From assembly GCA_003614675.1 (NCBI GenBank), contig ML002303.1, positions 1 to 45,485 on the forward strand: 45,485 bases of DNA, given 5' to 3'. The notes under the pieces are model-generated. The model worked only from the letters and a program-made list of their open reading frames with translations, did no database searches and was not told the origin of the DNA. The stretch comes from Dimargaris cristalligena (lineage: Eukaryota). Both the position numbers and the translations under genes were made by a program. Below are positions 1-12,964 of the stretch, piece after piece. Position 1 is the stretch's first letter. Every line of letters starts with the position of its first letter.

Positions 1-857
1 GGGACCTTGAATTCATCCAAAGTATGGCTACTTCTTGGATTAGTAATGTGTACTGGGGCTTACGCGGCCTCTGGCCAGCTGCCCACAGCAGCATACCTGC
101 CAAAGTGTAGGTTAAATGTGTTTTTCTTTTTTTAGTTTTTGTTTCCAGTGTATTTGTAGATATACTTTTATGTACTTGTATGTAGCCAAAGATAGCACCC
201 TTTTTATATTCCGGTGCCTGTCCATTGAATAAATTATGTCAATAGTCCAATATATTATTCTTTAGAAATTAGACTAGGATAAAGGCTGGTAATAAGACAG
301 TTGGGCTGTGTTATTCCATATATATGATAATGATGCCTTGATGATGTGAATAATAGAGGAGCTGTGGATGAATACCTTTGTTTATTTCAATGGAAATTAT
401 GGGAATTGGCTGGCTTTAACAGCTGCTCTGACATCTAAAATACTGGGCTAAATGATATATTTTAGTCAGGGTGGGATCCTCAGTCTTTTTTAGACTAGTT
501 GTACTTTCAATTTGTCTTATTAAGATTGGTACTGGTAACTGCTGACATGTAGTGCAGTGAGCATGTTGGCTATCAGCCTTTACTACCTGGCTATCTATTC
601 ACTTGGTGATTTGATTATGAAGCTAATGATTATTGATATTTTCAACCCTTATGCCTGATTTTTATTGATATGACAAGTTTTATGAGATTTTTTCCATACC
701 TTTTGGGAAGTCGACACCCAATTTATTATTTAATATTCATGACAATGGCCATGTGCCATGACAGCTTTATGATGATATTCCGGATTGTATAATGAGATTC
801 TGGATTATTTATAATGATTGATTTACAACCTTCATTCAAGGAGCCCTCTTCCTGCAA

Positions 858-1443
858 TGTTACACAGGTTTACCACTCTTAGTCCATCAAGAGTCCTGGG
901 GATAGGCTTCCAATTGTAGGCAGGGCTTAGGCTTGGCCAAGCAGGCTACTAGTGTCAGGTATGGGGCACAGTACTAACCAATAAAGGCTTAGGCAATTGG
1001 TTATGCAAAGGACATACAACAGGTACACTTAAGGGTCAGTACAAGGGAGTGAGCATATATAGAGTTTATTGGAGTAAACTAGGGGGGTAAGAATAAGCTA
1101 AGGAATCTAACTGGTCCCAAGGGGACCCAGTTATATATATGTAAAGACAACTCCAGAGGGATGTCCCAAGGGAAGACTACAGGTAACTATAGTATATAGT
1201 AAAAATAGGCTAACTGGATAGCTACTAGTATCTGGAAGACTCTTGTGGTAACTGGAAGAGTCTTCAGATCAGCATGCTGAGTGATTAGTGTGAAGAGATG
1301 GAGTCCAGAAGGGGAAGGGTTATATGATATAGGGTGATCTCATAGTATGGGGGGTGACCATAGGAAGGTTAATATGGTACTATAAGGCCTAATGAGGGTG
1401 GACAGTAAGGTATCTAGATTAAGGAGGATTAGAAGGGCTGACA
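858..1443. mobile_element. Solo-LTR-like relic (TGTTAC...TGACA, ~586 bp)
   Basis: Starts TG at 858 and ends CA at 1443. Flanks TGCAA (853-857) and GGCAA (1444-1448) match 4/5, like a decayed 5-bp TSD. Nearly CpG-free. Its first ~130 bp align in inverted orientation with ~28290-28416. Confidence 0.55.
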
Positions 1444-4031
1444 GGCAACAGAAAGTAATATTTTTACTCATACCTTTCTATTGCTTTCACAACTTTAGGA
1501 TTCCATTGCAATTACTATTACAAAATAAATAATTTCTATTAATTGGACTAGTAATTTTTCTAGTATATTGATTATTTCGGTGGCCCAGTTGATAATGCTA
1601 TCCCCCTCTTTTGTTCCTTCCGAGGTCGGCATTCCTTTCTTGGTCGGCCAGGAGACTTGTCCATTGATGCCAGCACCCCCTACGCCAGTGGCCGTAATTC
1701 CCATGCATATCCCCAAGCCTGGCAACCGATGGCCGGATCCTGACTACAATACAAATACACTATGCATCAGCATGCTTGAATCCTCTATTCGACCTTGGCA
1801 TAATTAGACGAAAGTAATACCGTCAACGTTCTTATATCGATTCTACAACCCCACTATAGTTCTAAGTCCTGCCTTGCTAATGGCCATGCACCAACTCGGT
1901 CCTGATTTAAGGTGTATTTTTATATCTTTATATCTATACCCCGGAGGTATTCTTTATTTAAAAATTTCAGCCGGCAAATTCATTAAAGAAAATACAGCCC
2001 AGGGGCAAACCTCCTTACTACCTAATAAATTGCAGAAAGTTGTTTGACAGGTTCACTCTACCGATTACGTCTACCGCTAACAGGCCTATGTCATGGCATA
2101 GGTATTGTGAACCATAACCAGTTCAACCGATGCCCTCGTTTTTTCGATTGGTCTCACCTAAGGGTGCAAATTAAAACCTATTTAGTGACGGCCCTTTGTA
2201 TTTTGGCATATTAGTAGAATTTAGTACAGTTGTATAATATAGAATCCCACCGACTTTACCGAATAGATTACATTCCAAACCCTATATAGTTCGACTGAAA
2301 TTCACCCACATGGATATTATGACGGAAGTGCGTCTAGATTCTAGAAACAAAATCAATCAAAAACCAGTAGTGAACAGGACCCAGTAAGTTTGGTACTGTC
2401 AATTGTAACCAAACAAAATTAAATATTTCAAGAGCAGAAATCAGGTCCGATGTATAACCCTTCTTTTTAACAATAATGCGACAACAAACCCAGCCTTTAT
2501 CGGGCACCAATACAATAAGTTAAATTTTAGGCCGGGGTTTGACAGCAGCAAGACACTCTCGTAGACAGTTGTATTACAGTTAGTTGGACAGATACTATTG
2601 TTCAGAGGATGTTTGAGCGACCAGGAGCAATTGAGAAAGCCTAGTATTAAACCTCTAATATCGAACTGGTGTGTGTGACCCTAAAGCGATACAATCTGCA
2701 AAAGAGTATATAGTCATGGCTTTACCGGGGCGGCTGGAGTAGTGGTCGAGTTGTCACCGGTGTTCGGATCTGTACCTCTTGGGGGCTTGATTGGGGGGTA
2801 GTCAATCTCAATCACCAAAGTCAGAACACGAAGGCCGAGGGACAGTTCGTTAACTCCTAAAATATGAGAGCACTCAGCGGAACTCGGGTGAATTGGACGA
2901 TATCGGTGGTCGACCCAGTGGGGTCCCATTTATATAAAAACGATGTACCATCGGCTAATGTACAACTATCGTTCCTAAATAAAAAAACCAATAAATGATG
3001 CTTCGTGCGGCTTTCAGTAAGTCCAGCATCGGTGAGGTGAGTGGGTCCCGAATATATCGATGTTGTAGTGGTAGTCAGGCCGGGTGCGGGATAGAGCTTA
3101 GAGACATTTGGGCTGGGTGGAATGGATGAAGAGTCATCACCGAGCATATAGGTAGAAATTAAGTCAAAGAAATGAAAAAAAAAAACGCCGTAGCCCAATA
3201 AAGAGAATTTAACCAATACGAGGTAAACCGAATGGATATTTGAGTATTTCAGTCCAGGCTGAGGTTAAGCAATTCGAATGCTTTGGAATTGTCGGGTGTA
3301 GCTCTAGCCAAGCTCATTTGTACAAAAAAAAAGATGCCCTAAAATCGCCTATTTATAGCAAGTAAGTTGGCCTAATAATACGACAATGCAACTGTCTATT
3401 ACTGGGGGGTCTTGGTGATGGGTAACGAACGTATTGTTAAGGATATTGGTTTTTTTACTACCCAATGAATAAATAGAGGTGGAAGCAAAATAGTACCTGA
3501 TAGGGTAGTTAAGCCCGTTGATATATTTGCGATTATTTCAGTCGGATAAGGCAAATACCGCCGGTTGAAAGTAAATCACCTGCCTATGATCCCCCGTACA
3601 CGTATCATTCAAAACCTTATACAGTTGTTCTGAATATTTCCCATATGCTACTTTGGGGTGAGATACTTCACACCTAGCCAACTGTACTTATTTCTTGAAA
3701 ACATAGATTTACGTGCACCGCCGTAACCTCACCCACACCAATGTAACTTGGCTTCATGTCTATCGTATGGGGAGTTTCCAGTTTGGGTTTATTGGGGTCT
3801 GCATAAATATAGTTTAATCACTTTATAGCCAGGCTTGGATCGGATAAGAAAATATAATATATAACCATCTTGATTACACTCTCTAACCGCGACCAGCACC
3901 AGAATAACTGAGCCCCGTCCTAACGGGCCGACGCCAAAAAAATCAAAAAATAAAAAGAGATGTACAATGTCTGGGTAGAACCACAGCGTATCAGATACAT
4001 AAATAATGGTTTACGAAAACACAGAGTGGAT

Positions 4032-6158
4032 CTATTTGCGCCGCGCATTTATAAGAGACTCCGACACCACCGGGCATTCCCGTACCCTATTAGCGCTTTG
4101 GAAGAGTTCCCACTGGTCGTCCCGCAGGTGAGCAAAGGCCTGGTCCACTCGGTTATAAAAGGCCATAAGCGAAGTAGCCTCCTTACTATCCGCCGTAGGC
4201 TCATTGTGGTAGAGGGTAGTCTCTGAAATGATCGACTCTTGGGTATACTCATGCTGAACGGTCGTCTGGTAGGAGGGATCGTCGGAAGAGCCGAGCATAC
4301 CCCGGATACTCATTTTCGATACCATTTTACGGAGGGACGAATGGGAGACGGTTCGCGGTAGCCACGAGGAACTGGTGGAGGATGGAGTGATACTTGGTGT
4401 GGAGGTGTCTTTCATGGCAAAGGAGTGGGCCGCGGCATGGTAGTCCGAGGCGCTTGAAATAGGATGTGGGGACCGATCCGGGGAGGAATCGGGCGACGTT
4501 CGGCGGGATATGGGTCGGGACAGGTCATTAGAACCACGCGGTGGGAGAGTAGTCGAGAAGGAATTCCGCTGACCATTCAAGATTAGATTAGGGGAGGCCG
4601 AGGCCGAGGACAAGGCGACGGTTGGGGTGGCGGGGAAGGGGTATTGTCCGTTGAGACTGGCCTGTGACATTCTCCGACTCTGAGCGGCGGAGGGACCGGG
4701 CGAGCTAGGCGATGATAACAGGGAGGTTACAGAGGAGGCGGCCCTTTCGGACATGGAAGTCTGTAAAGGTGGTGTCGCAAAAGGATCGGTTTGCATAAGG
4801 TTAGGTTCCGTGAAGGGCCGGGGGGGCTGCTGCTGGCCCGGGGACGGTGAGGTAATGTCGCGGATGAAAATCTTGACCACCTGATCGGGAAATTCACGAG
4901 CGATATCCGCATACAGTTCAATGTCCATCTGACCACTATCCCCCACCAAAATGAACGAGCGGTGTGGGAAATCGCGCATAATCGAACGAATGGCCTCCCG
5001 TTTGCCGTCGGCCGGGTTTTGGAGGAAGCTGAGGCGCGATCCGTCGCTGGTGTCCCACATTTTAAGATGAGCACTCCCTGGTGGGAACCGGTGTTCCTGG
5101 AAGAATTTCTGCAGGGTCGGGAGCAGCTGCCAGGGCGAGTTGCTGACGTAGTGGAAGTGGGCGCCGCGTTCCCACCAGCCGTGGTAGAGCTCGGCCATGC
5201 CGGGGACCTCTTGGGAGGGTTCGAACAGGGCCTTTTCCATGAGGGCCAGTTTGCCGTGGGCCACGTTGGATATTTTAATGGTATCGTCAATGTCGGAAAT
5301 GACGGATACGCCGTGGGGTCCGATGAGATCCACGATGCCGTAGGACGGGTGGGGGTGATAGGGCAAATGCCCCTCTAGTCGAACTAGGGTATGCCCCCGC
5401 CGGGAGGATCGTACCAAGGAGACGGGACTACGGTGGAGCCATTCGGCCACCATCCGGTCGGTTAGACGCAAGTAGCTATTAAAACGACCGCTTTCCGCGA
5501 AGACATTGACGGTTTCGGGCAAACGGTAGTCACCCGCTGGGGTAGTAGTTCCTGAGGACCGGCGGGGGACACCAGGGCGGGGCGGTACCCGGGGGGATGG
5601 TGCGGAAGGATCCCCCTGCAGTTCCATATGGTCGGGCGTGGTCAGCCCGGCCACTTTAAGTCGCACAGTGGTGTTACGGGTGGTTTCGGCCATGAGCATG
5701 CTGAAGCGGTCGGTGAAAATGCCCCGCGCGGATTCTTCCTGGCCGGCCCCCGTAACTTTCCGGGCTACAGCGAGGGCCAGGCGGAGTTTACGACTATTAT
5801 TATTGACGGTATAGGTCCAGCCTTTGGCGTGGATCCGCCAGCCGTCTTTCTCTGGAAGTAGTTGGAATGGAAGAATGCGGGGAGGGGCGAAGTGGAGGGA
5901 ATCGAATAAATAGAAAAAAAAACATGAGTGGGATATAAGCCGCCCATCCATGTATGCATGGGGCCCCAAAACAAAAACAGGTCGGATCAGTATGCGTATA
6001 TGCGGATATTCTAGTCAGGGGAATCGGTCGACTTGGGGAGGGAGGGGGGGAGTGCCCGTGCACATTGTGGGGGAGGGGGGGTCCTACTGTAAAATGGGAC
6101 CAGACTTACCTTTGGTGGCATAGGTCGGAAACAGTAATAAGATAGTATGGTCTTCCAT
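4032..6158 (-). CDS. APP1: App1-family phosphatidate phosphatase (DUF2183, HAD-like); 2 exons: 6158-6110, 5851-4032
   Basis: Motifs GVSVISDIDDTIK, FHYVSNSPWQL, FPPGSAHLK and FILVGDSGQMDIELY. Exon 1 (MEDHTILLLFPTYATK) ends at a GTAAGT donor (6109). Acceptor ttccAG (5853-5852) restores the frame into EKDGWRIHAKGW. Long S/P-rich C-terminal tail. Confidence 0.9.
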
Positions 6159-7363
6159 AATGCTCGGTGTCGCTACAGGGGCGGGACGTTTCGCTCACAA
6201 GGGCCCGAGGAAGTCGACATGGAGGTAGAATAGAGGGTTCCCAGGGGACTTGCGTCTAACAAATGCGATTCGGAAGGGGGGTACCGTCGAGCTGGAGGGG
6301 GCGGCGGGATATAGAGAGGATATCAAGGTATATAACCCAGAAAAAAAAGGCGTGCGTGTATATGTGTGTGTTACCAGAGACCACTGAATAGAATTACTGA
6401 CAAGAATGCCCAACGTCCAAATGCAAGAGACGCGGCGGCGTAACGTAATGATAACTACTTCGAGACAAGGGTACGCCTGAAGAAAACCCTTCAGCTCGTG
6501 CTAAATGGGGTAGTTTACGTAAGAAAAGTGAATTGGGCACAACAAGGGATATAGCCCGAATGAAAGGGGGGAGAGTAAGGAGATGAACAATAGTAAAAGA
6601 GGTTTACTGGTTCGGCTATTCTCTTCTCCTCACACATACACTCGGTTTGTTTTCTCTTGCCTGGCCTATTTTAAGACTATACAATACAACAGGAGAGACG
6701 GACTTTAACTGCACCAATAAAGTCTACTTGCTGGAGATATTTTGTAGAAATATATGAAACCACTCGACCCCTACGGAGTCGGCGATACCCCTGATTCACT
6801 ACCCCGCCCCTCTCCAACACCTTGGTCTAAAGTGATACTGCCGCTTCTTTTATTGCCCTAAGATTTTAAACCTTACTCGAGTAAAAACCCCTTGAAGCAG
6901 GGTTGCTTTCGCAATATGTCAAGGTTTTTGGAAACCAATACTATTTATCAGCACTTCCATTATCCAACTTATTATAAGGACTACGCGTAGATAGGGTAAA
7001 GGGATAGAGGAAGGTAGCTAACAGCCTTCTTTGTGCTCCAAGGCCACCCGACGTCTTTTCACCAAGTGACCTGTAAGACTGTTCAATAAAACCCCATCAC
7101 CGGCCAAATCACCAAGCCCCTTAATGGAACCGTCCATTATATCGCCTTGCTGGATCAACCGCGACTCCTTAATTCGTAAGTCATTGCGTGCAATCATAAA
7201 TGGTGCATTTAATTCAGCTATAATATTATAAAAAGTGCTGGTGGATATATTTAATACGGAGTTGAATTTATGCTAATTATCGAATCAGAATTGAGGCTAG
7301 CAAATAATGGGCTATCCAGGAACCATGTCCATAAAAATAATCAATTAATGGCCGATTAATATA

Positions 7364-9394
7364 TTACTTGGTGACGTCCATCGACCCCTTATTCTCATCA
7401 TCATCATCACTAGGTATCTCATTTTCATACTCGTCCTCATTCCCCTCCCCATCCTCGTCCTTCTCGTTTTCTTCGCCCTCGCTACTCAAGGCCAGGGCAT
7501 CCTTGTCATCATTTAAATCCGCGCCATCCACTTCGTCGTCGGTCACTACTACATCCGCAGTATCGCTAAGCGGTTCGGGCAGATCAATGTTGTCCATATC
7601 GGCGGTGGCCCCCCGGGATCGGTCCGGGACAAACTTATCCCGGAATTGGATCCAGGGAAAGTCCTTCAGTATTCTAGGCACGGTTCGCACCCCTGGGTCC
7701 ATGTTAGTCCAGATTTCCCGGAATTCCCGCAGGTACGCTACCAGGGCCTGCAGGTCATAGTCTCTCATCGAGGGATTGGCGTCGAAATCGTTCACTTCGA
7801 TATGGTTTCCCAAATGGGCCTGGGCCTTGAGGGCGGAATCGTCCACGATGATCGTGTTCTGCGCACTCCATTTCACGGACTGTTTGGCCTTACTATGGGT
7901 GCGGTACAGCCAGGGGCGCCGGTCGAGCTGGACCTTTTTGGAGGAGTCGTGTGGGGGGATCTGATGTGCTTTCCAGATAAAATTAAGGGGCTTGTAAGTG
8001 ACCGGTTTATTGGCCCGCACAAACTCCGTGCGGCTGACGACACAGCGGTTCCGGGCCCAGACACCCCGTAAAAGATGTTGGTAGGAATCGAAGACCTGGT
8101 CGACCATGCGTTGCACATTGACGGGCGTGGCGGAGCTCCAGACCATCGCGTTAAAGTTGCGTAACAGATAATCGCGGAATTCGGGGAGGAACGGCCGCAA
8201 TTTAGCCGATTTGTTAATACCACGTCGGCTATGCAAGAGTATCGCCAAATCCCCCGTAATTTTCCGGGAAAAAAAGTGGGTAATATAGATGACAGAAATT
8301 AGGTCCAGCCCAAGGTTGTATTAATTTATAGCTAACCACATAGTGCTGTGTAAGGTCTTGGGAGGGACGCTTGAGATCTTCCGGTCACCAGCCAAAATAT
8401 TGGGGGCCGTATACCATTGCTTAATTGTCTAAATGGCACAGTATACTTACAGAAGGGTGCCGTTAAGGTCCAGGACCACGAGGATGGGTAGGCAATTTTC
8501 TCTATTGGACTGGATTTCTTGAACCACCGGTGTAGGGGTTCCCTTCGGGCTCCACTCGGGCTGTTCCGCTTCGGCACGCTTCTTCTCCTTGCGTTTTTGG
8601 AACCGGCTCTTATAGGGCTTGTTTTTAGAATCCGGGGCGTTGGAAGGCGCTCCAGGTGATGGTGGGGGTGGTTGCTGGTTGGATCCCGACGGACGAGACC
8701 ATTGGGAAGTTCGGTTCGTCGCATCCTTCGGACCGGTGGGGTTGGTATGATAGTTCGCCGTGGGTGGCCTCGCAACGTACGGTGTCGGGTGCCGGTGCCA
8801 TTGATTACCGGAGGGAAATGGGGCAGGGGCGGGATAGGGCCGATGCTGTGTGAAAGGCTGACTGGGATGATGGTAGGAAGTGCCCTGATCCAGGGGAGCG
8901 TATGCGTTCGGGTGGTGAGTGGCGGGGCCAGCCATATAGTGGTTGGTCAAGTGGTCAGTATGTCTCGGTCCATCGTGCCCGTGCGTATGGTGGTGATGGT
9001 GACGGGGATTATGGGTGGCGGCGTTGCCCCTATAATGCTCGGTATGTCTGGGATAGCCTCTTCCTCTGGACCCACCACCATGCCCATGGGGCGGGTGGAA
9101 GCGCCCCCTATACGACGTACCCCGGGGGGCCCACTTCGAGTGAGAGTTCGCGGGATTCGGCCTAGTGAACTTGGCCTTTTGTTCTTCCCGACCAGAAGGA
9201 GCTTCATCCGGGTATGAAGGATCCCGGGGAGCCTCCGTATTGGGAGGATTGGCCTGGTGCTGGGAAGAATGCGAGGCGTCCTGAGAAGGGCCACCGGGGG
9301 CACGGGGTTGCGATCGGATTGGAAGTGGACTCATGGTACTTTCAAAGCGAACAGAGAAAAGCGGGAATCGACGAATGTGGAGAAAAGGCGGCAT
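7364..9394 (-). CDS. FCP1/NIF (CTD phosphatase-like HAD) domain protein with long disordered N-terminus; 2 exons: 9394-8451, 8228-7364
   Basis: Splicing GTAAGT (8450) to catAG (8229) gives LVVLDLNGTLLRRGINKSAKLRPFLPEF. Also MVWSSA, KPLNFIW and NTIIVDDSALKA motifs, and an acidic tail. The start codon choice is uncertain. Confidence 0.85.
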
Positions 9395-9542
9395 ATAATT
9401 ATAATTTATATATATACCGGAACGGCAATAATATCAAGAAGGCATTTCACTTAAGCCCGTTGATATGTTTACCTTTGTACATCGTTTTACTTGCATATAT
9501 CCACTGGCCAGGCAGTGTATAGAAACAGAGGTAGAAATGTCG

Positions 9543-9552
9543 GTCACGTGAC
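9543..9552. promoter_or_regulatory. Palindromic E-box GTCACGTGAC (Cbf1/USF-type bHLH site)
   Basis: Perfect 10-bp palindrome ~150 bp upstream of the FCP1-like start. The related GTCACGTGA occurs at 13330-13338 and 37338-37346. Confidence 0.45.
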
Positions 9553-10033
9553 TGGTAGGCCGAATCTAGAAAGCCTGAGAAAGTCTAGCAGTGGGCGGCT
9601 ATGCACGCAGTTTCATATAATAACTCTTTTAGTTCAGTGGTTATCAATCGATCAATTCCAACTACTTGGTATTACGTTGTATATTTTTTTGAACCGCATT
9701 TTTTGTATCTTGCTAATAGGCCAAGAATTTCTGTATCACTGCCTGTATCAAATCGATTCTACTGTTAATTCGACTGGTCTCCATTGAAGGAAGAGTCATC
9801 AGGAATAGAATATCAGTTTAATTCAGCAGAAAAAGAAATAGAAATTCGGTTGGTGAGATGGGTATTGCCGGATCACAGTGAATATCCCCCCAGTTATACC
9901 ATATACCAATCATAAAAGGCATTATATTGAGGTGGAGAAATACGCCTATATTGATCATTTAATTACACTGCCATTACTAAATTATAAGCGTCACTGAATT
10001 ACGAAATGTTAAATTGGGGTATGCATGTATTTC

Positions 10034-12964
10034 CTAGCCAAGGCTATCGCCTATACTACTAGACTGGTTTTTCGGGGGCATCCGTTTGCTTGCAAATGGG
10101 CAGCGGCGAATGGACTGATTAGACGATAAAACCTCGGTACCAAGCTTAGGGCTCTTTGGCGAGGCTACGGCCCCACTAAAGGGGCACACCTGCTGTGGCG
10201 AGCTATCAACGGACGTGTCATCGTGGGTAAGTGGGGAATGCGTAGTCGACAAAGGGTCGATTGACTTATCCTTAACAAAGTCAGCGAAAAAAGCTTCCAC
10301 CTCGGTTGGGGCGACCGATTCCAGATTGGCGTGCTGGAACTGCATTTTATCAGTCTGAGGACGGGGTATTATAAAAAAAAACCGGAAACATGGGCAAGTG
10401 GTGCATACTTAAATGGGGTTAATACTGGTATAGCTAATCATATGGATGAAATTCAAACCAGCTGTATAAGGTTTTACAATATACGTGTATGGGCGAATAT
10501 ATGTGAGAATAGCTTTTAACCAGTAATATTGGCCTCATCCAATGGATTTTTCATTATACAGCCTGAATGAACTTCTCCCATATCATAGTAGGCCCACTCT
10601 ACTACAGTGGACCACTGAATTTTTGGCCCGGAAAATTATGCGGCTGACCTAGTGATACAAAATCTATCCTACCTTAGTTGCGTTTTGTTTTTGGTCTAGA
10701 TAGACGAAACAGTCGGGCAAGTGGGAAAACTTAGTAGCTATATAGTACTCGAGTCGTTCGCACTCGCTGGCTGTCATGTTGCGAGCCATATTAAGGGCAT
10801 GGCAGATAATCTGGTAATGGGGTCGGTTACGGGGTGATTGAATCAAAAATATTGACAAATAATAATTAGATGATTGGGTTCGCCAGGTATAATTGATATA
10901 CAATTAGTATAAGCAGTGTTGGTATAGCAATAGATATACATAGACCTATCGCTTTCTATAAAGACAATAGGTTAGTCATCTTACATGGACCAAGAGGGGC
11001 GATTGTCTTGTTATTTCCTGGTAGCATACCCGCGCCCAATCGCGGTCGATTTGGCTCAACTTTTCGGCCACCTCCGTCGCAGTTTGGCAGGGTCCCAAGT
11101 ACTTATGGATATCCTTCCGCCAGGCATCCAATTTCGACGGGCCCGGGTAGACCCGTTCGGATTCATAGGCCAGGCGAATTGCAATATTAGTGGCCGTCCC
11201 CGGCGGACCCGCTGCGACTAGGTGCAGTTTACGTTTGAGTTCGGGCATGCGCGCGACCGGTACGAAGCAGTCAATGTAACGCAGTTGGAGGAGTTCGGGA
11301 CCGCGTAGTTTTAAATGGGAGTGGAACATAAAGAGATACGCCATGCCCGTGGTGGCCATGCCGACGTCCGGTGACGACGACGACGATGGGGTGGGACTGG
11401 GGGACACCGCGGGGCCCCCACCCCCTCCGTTGTGGGGCGACCGGCCAGCCATGATGCCATTGGGGGTGGATGCCGAGCTTTCGAGCGGATTCGGGGGCTG
11501 GACGCAGTGCAAGCGGGAGAGAATGTAGAGGCTGGACACGGGAATCCAGGGGAACGTCGAGTCCCCAAAAGGGCAGAAGGAAAGGGCCAAATGTTCCGAG
11601 CCAAAACAGAAGTGGGAGGTCGTGACCAAGTCACTGGTGGACCGATGGCAGAGACCGTCCATAAACAAAATCTGGGTCATGTTGCTGAACACTTGTTCGT
11701 TAAGTTTAAAGAGCCGGCCCAGGGTTTGGAGAAGGGTTTCGTATTGGGGCCGCACGGAAGCAAAGGCCTTGGCGGCCACTGAGGTAGACACCTTATTCTC
11801 ATCAGCGGTGGATTCTGTTCCGTCGAGGGAGGCCGCCACTGGCTTCCTAGTCGCTTGGCGGTAGGCATCATAGACGGCTTCGAAAGTGGCCCCCGGAAGC
11901 TGCGAGACGTGGTCTTCATATACCGGTGGGACCGCTGACTGTGACGCGGAGGTGGCCGCACTCCGGGGGGGTTGAGCGCTGGACCAGTCCTTGGCAAATA
12001 TAATGGCCGATGTGACCGCACTCGTCTCAGCTTCGGAAATTTGCAAGGACTGCTCAAGTCGCTCATTCAGTAGTTTTATATGGGCTAGATTCCAGGGCGT
12101 ATCGCAATCCTCGGGCGCTAGACTAAACTCGCGCACCGGTCCGGCCGCGTCCTTCTGGCTTGGGTTAGGGGTTATATCCAAACCATTAGCATTGTTCCAG
12201 GTGTGTGCGAACGGGCATTTAGGGCCCTGTTTCGCCTTGTTCTGGTTCAGGTGCTTTTTCCGCCAGGCCAAATAGGCGCGGATATCGATGGGCTCGACCA
12301 TTTTGTTGTAATAGTACAGTTGGCACTTCAGAGTTTGCGTATCCATTTTAGCGGCGTCCATCCACCCATTCTGGCGGCGAAACTCCTGCAGGATTTGGGC
12401 GAAACCGCTCTGGAATTGGGCATCGGCACTGAAGTTGTAGTTCCGGAACTGCTCAAAGGCCGCCGTCTGAGCCGAGGAGTACTCCCTCCTCCCCCCTTCC
12501 GCAGCCGTCGCCGCCGATGGGGTCGAAGTCGAGTCCGTTCTTTGGGGGTCGCCGTCACTCCGGCTGCTACTCCCGCTGTCGCTGGCCTGGCTGACACTGT
12601 CCGGTGGGGTGGCCGGTAAACTGAATTCGCGAAAAAGAGCATACTGGACGGAGTCGATGGGCCGGCCCAATTTACCGAAATAATGGAGTTGGAGTTGCAG
12701 TAGTTGGGCCGGGGTTAGGCAGGGCTTCGTTCCCGAGGGCCCTTCTTCGCCAGGGGCCGACGGGGAAGCCATGCGTCCGGCTACACTGTTTAGACCCGCC
12801 TGAAACCCCGCGTCGGTTGACCATGGGTAGCGCTCAAACTCATGGAAAAGCTTGAGCTCGTCGATGGTGAATGGACAAACGGATAGGTTAGGCCCTGCCG
12901 TCTTTGGGGGCGAGGCAAGAGCGGGTACTAAACTTTGGTCGTACCCAAAGGGACACTCGGACAT
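10034..12964 (-). CDS. Fusion protein: two PEX39/DUF5572-associated helical repeats, a degenerate HIBCH-like crotonase domain and six CPF motifs; 3 exons: 12964-10985, 10810-10673, 10354-10034
   Basis: Repeats FERYPWSTDAGFQAGL and FRNYNFSADAQFQSGF. HIBCH-like segments QILFMDG, LRGPELLQL, DWARVCYQEITRQSP, MTASECERLEY and LESVAPTEVEAFF. Three ORF-track pieces are joined by phase-0 GT-AG introns (10984-10811, 10672-10355). Confidence 0.75.
10441..10582 (+). mobile_element. MITE-like repeat, copy 1 (inside intron 2 of the fusion gene)
   Basis: ~142 bp, TATGGATGAAATTCAAACCAGCTGTATAA...TTATACAGCCTGAATGAACTTCTCCCATA. Imperfect ~29-bp TIRs. Five further copies lie in the window. Confidence 0.85.

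Noticed and set aside
1-220. Possible C-terminus of a DDE-type transposase (DLEFIQSMATSWISNVYWGLRG...HSSIP)
   Set aside because: Resemblance is weak, the sequence is truncated by the window edge, and no TIR partner is visible.
2714-3216. 119-aa and 71-aa minus-strand ORFs
   Set aside because: Non-ATG or weak starts, no recognisable domain and no convincing splice model. Possibly a decayed gene but unsupported.
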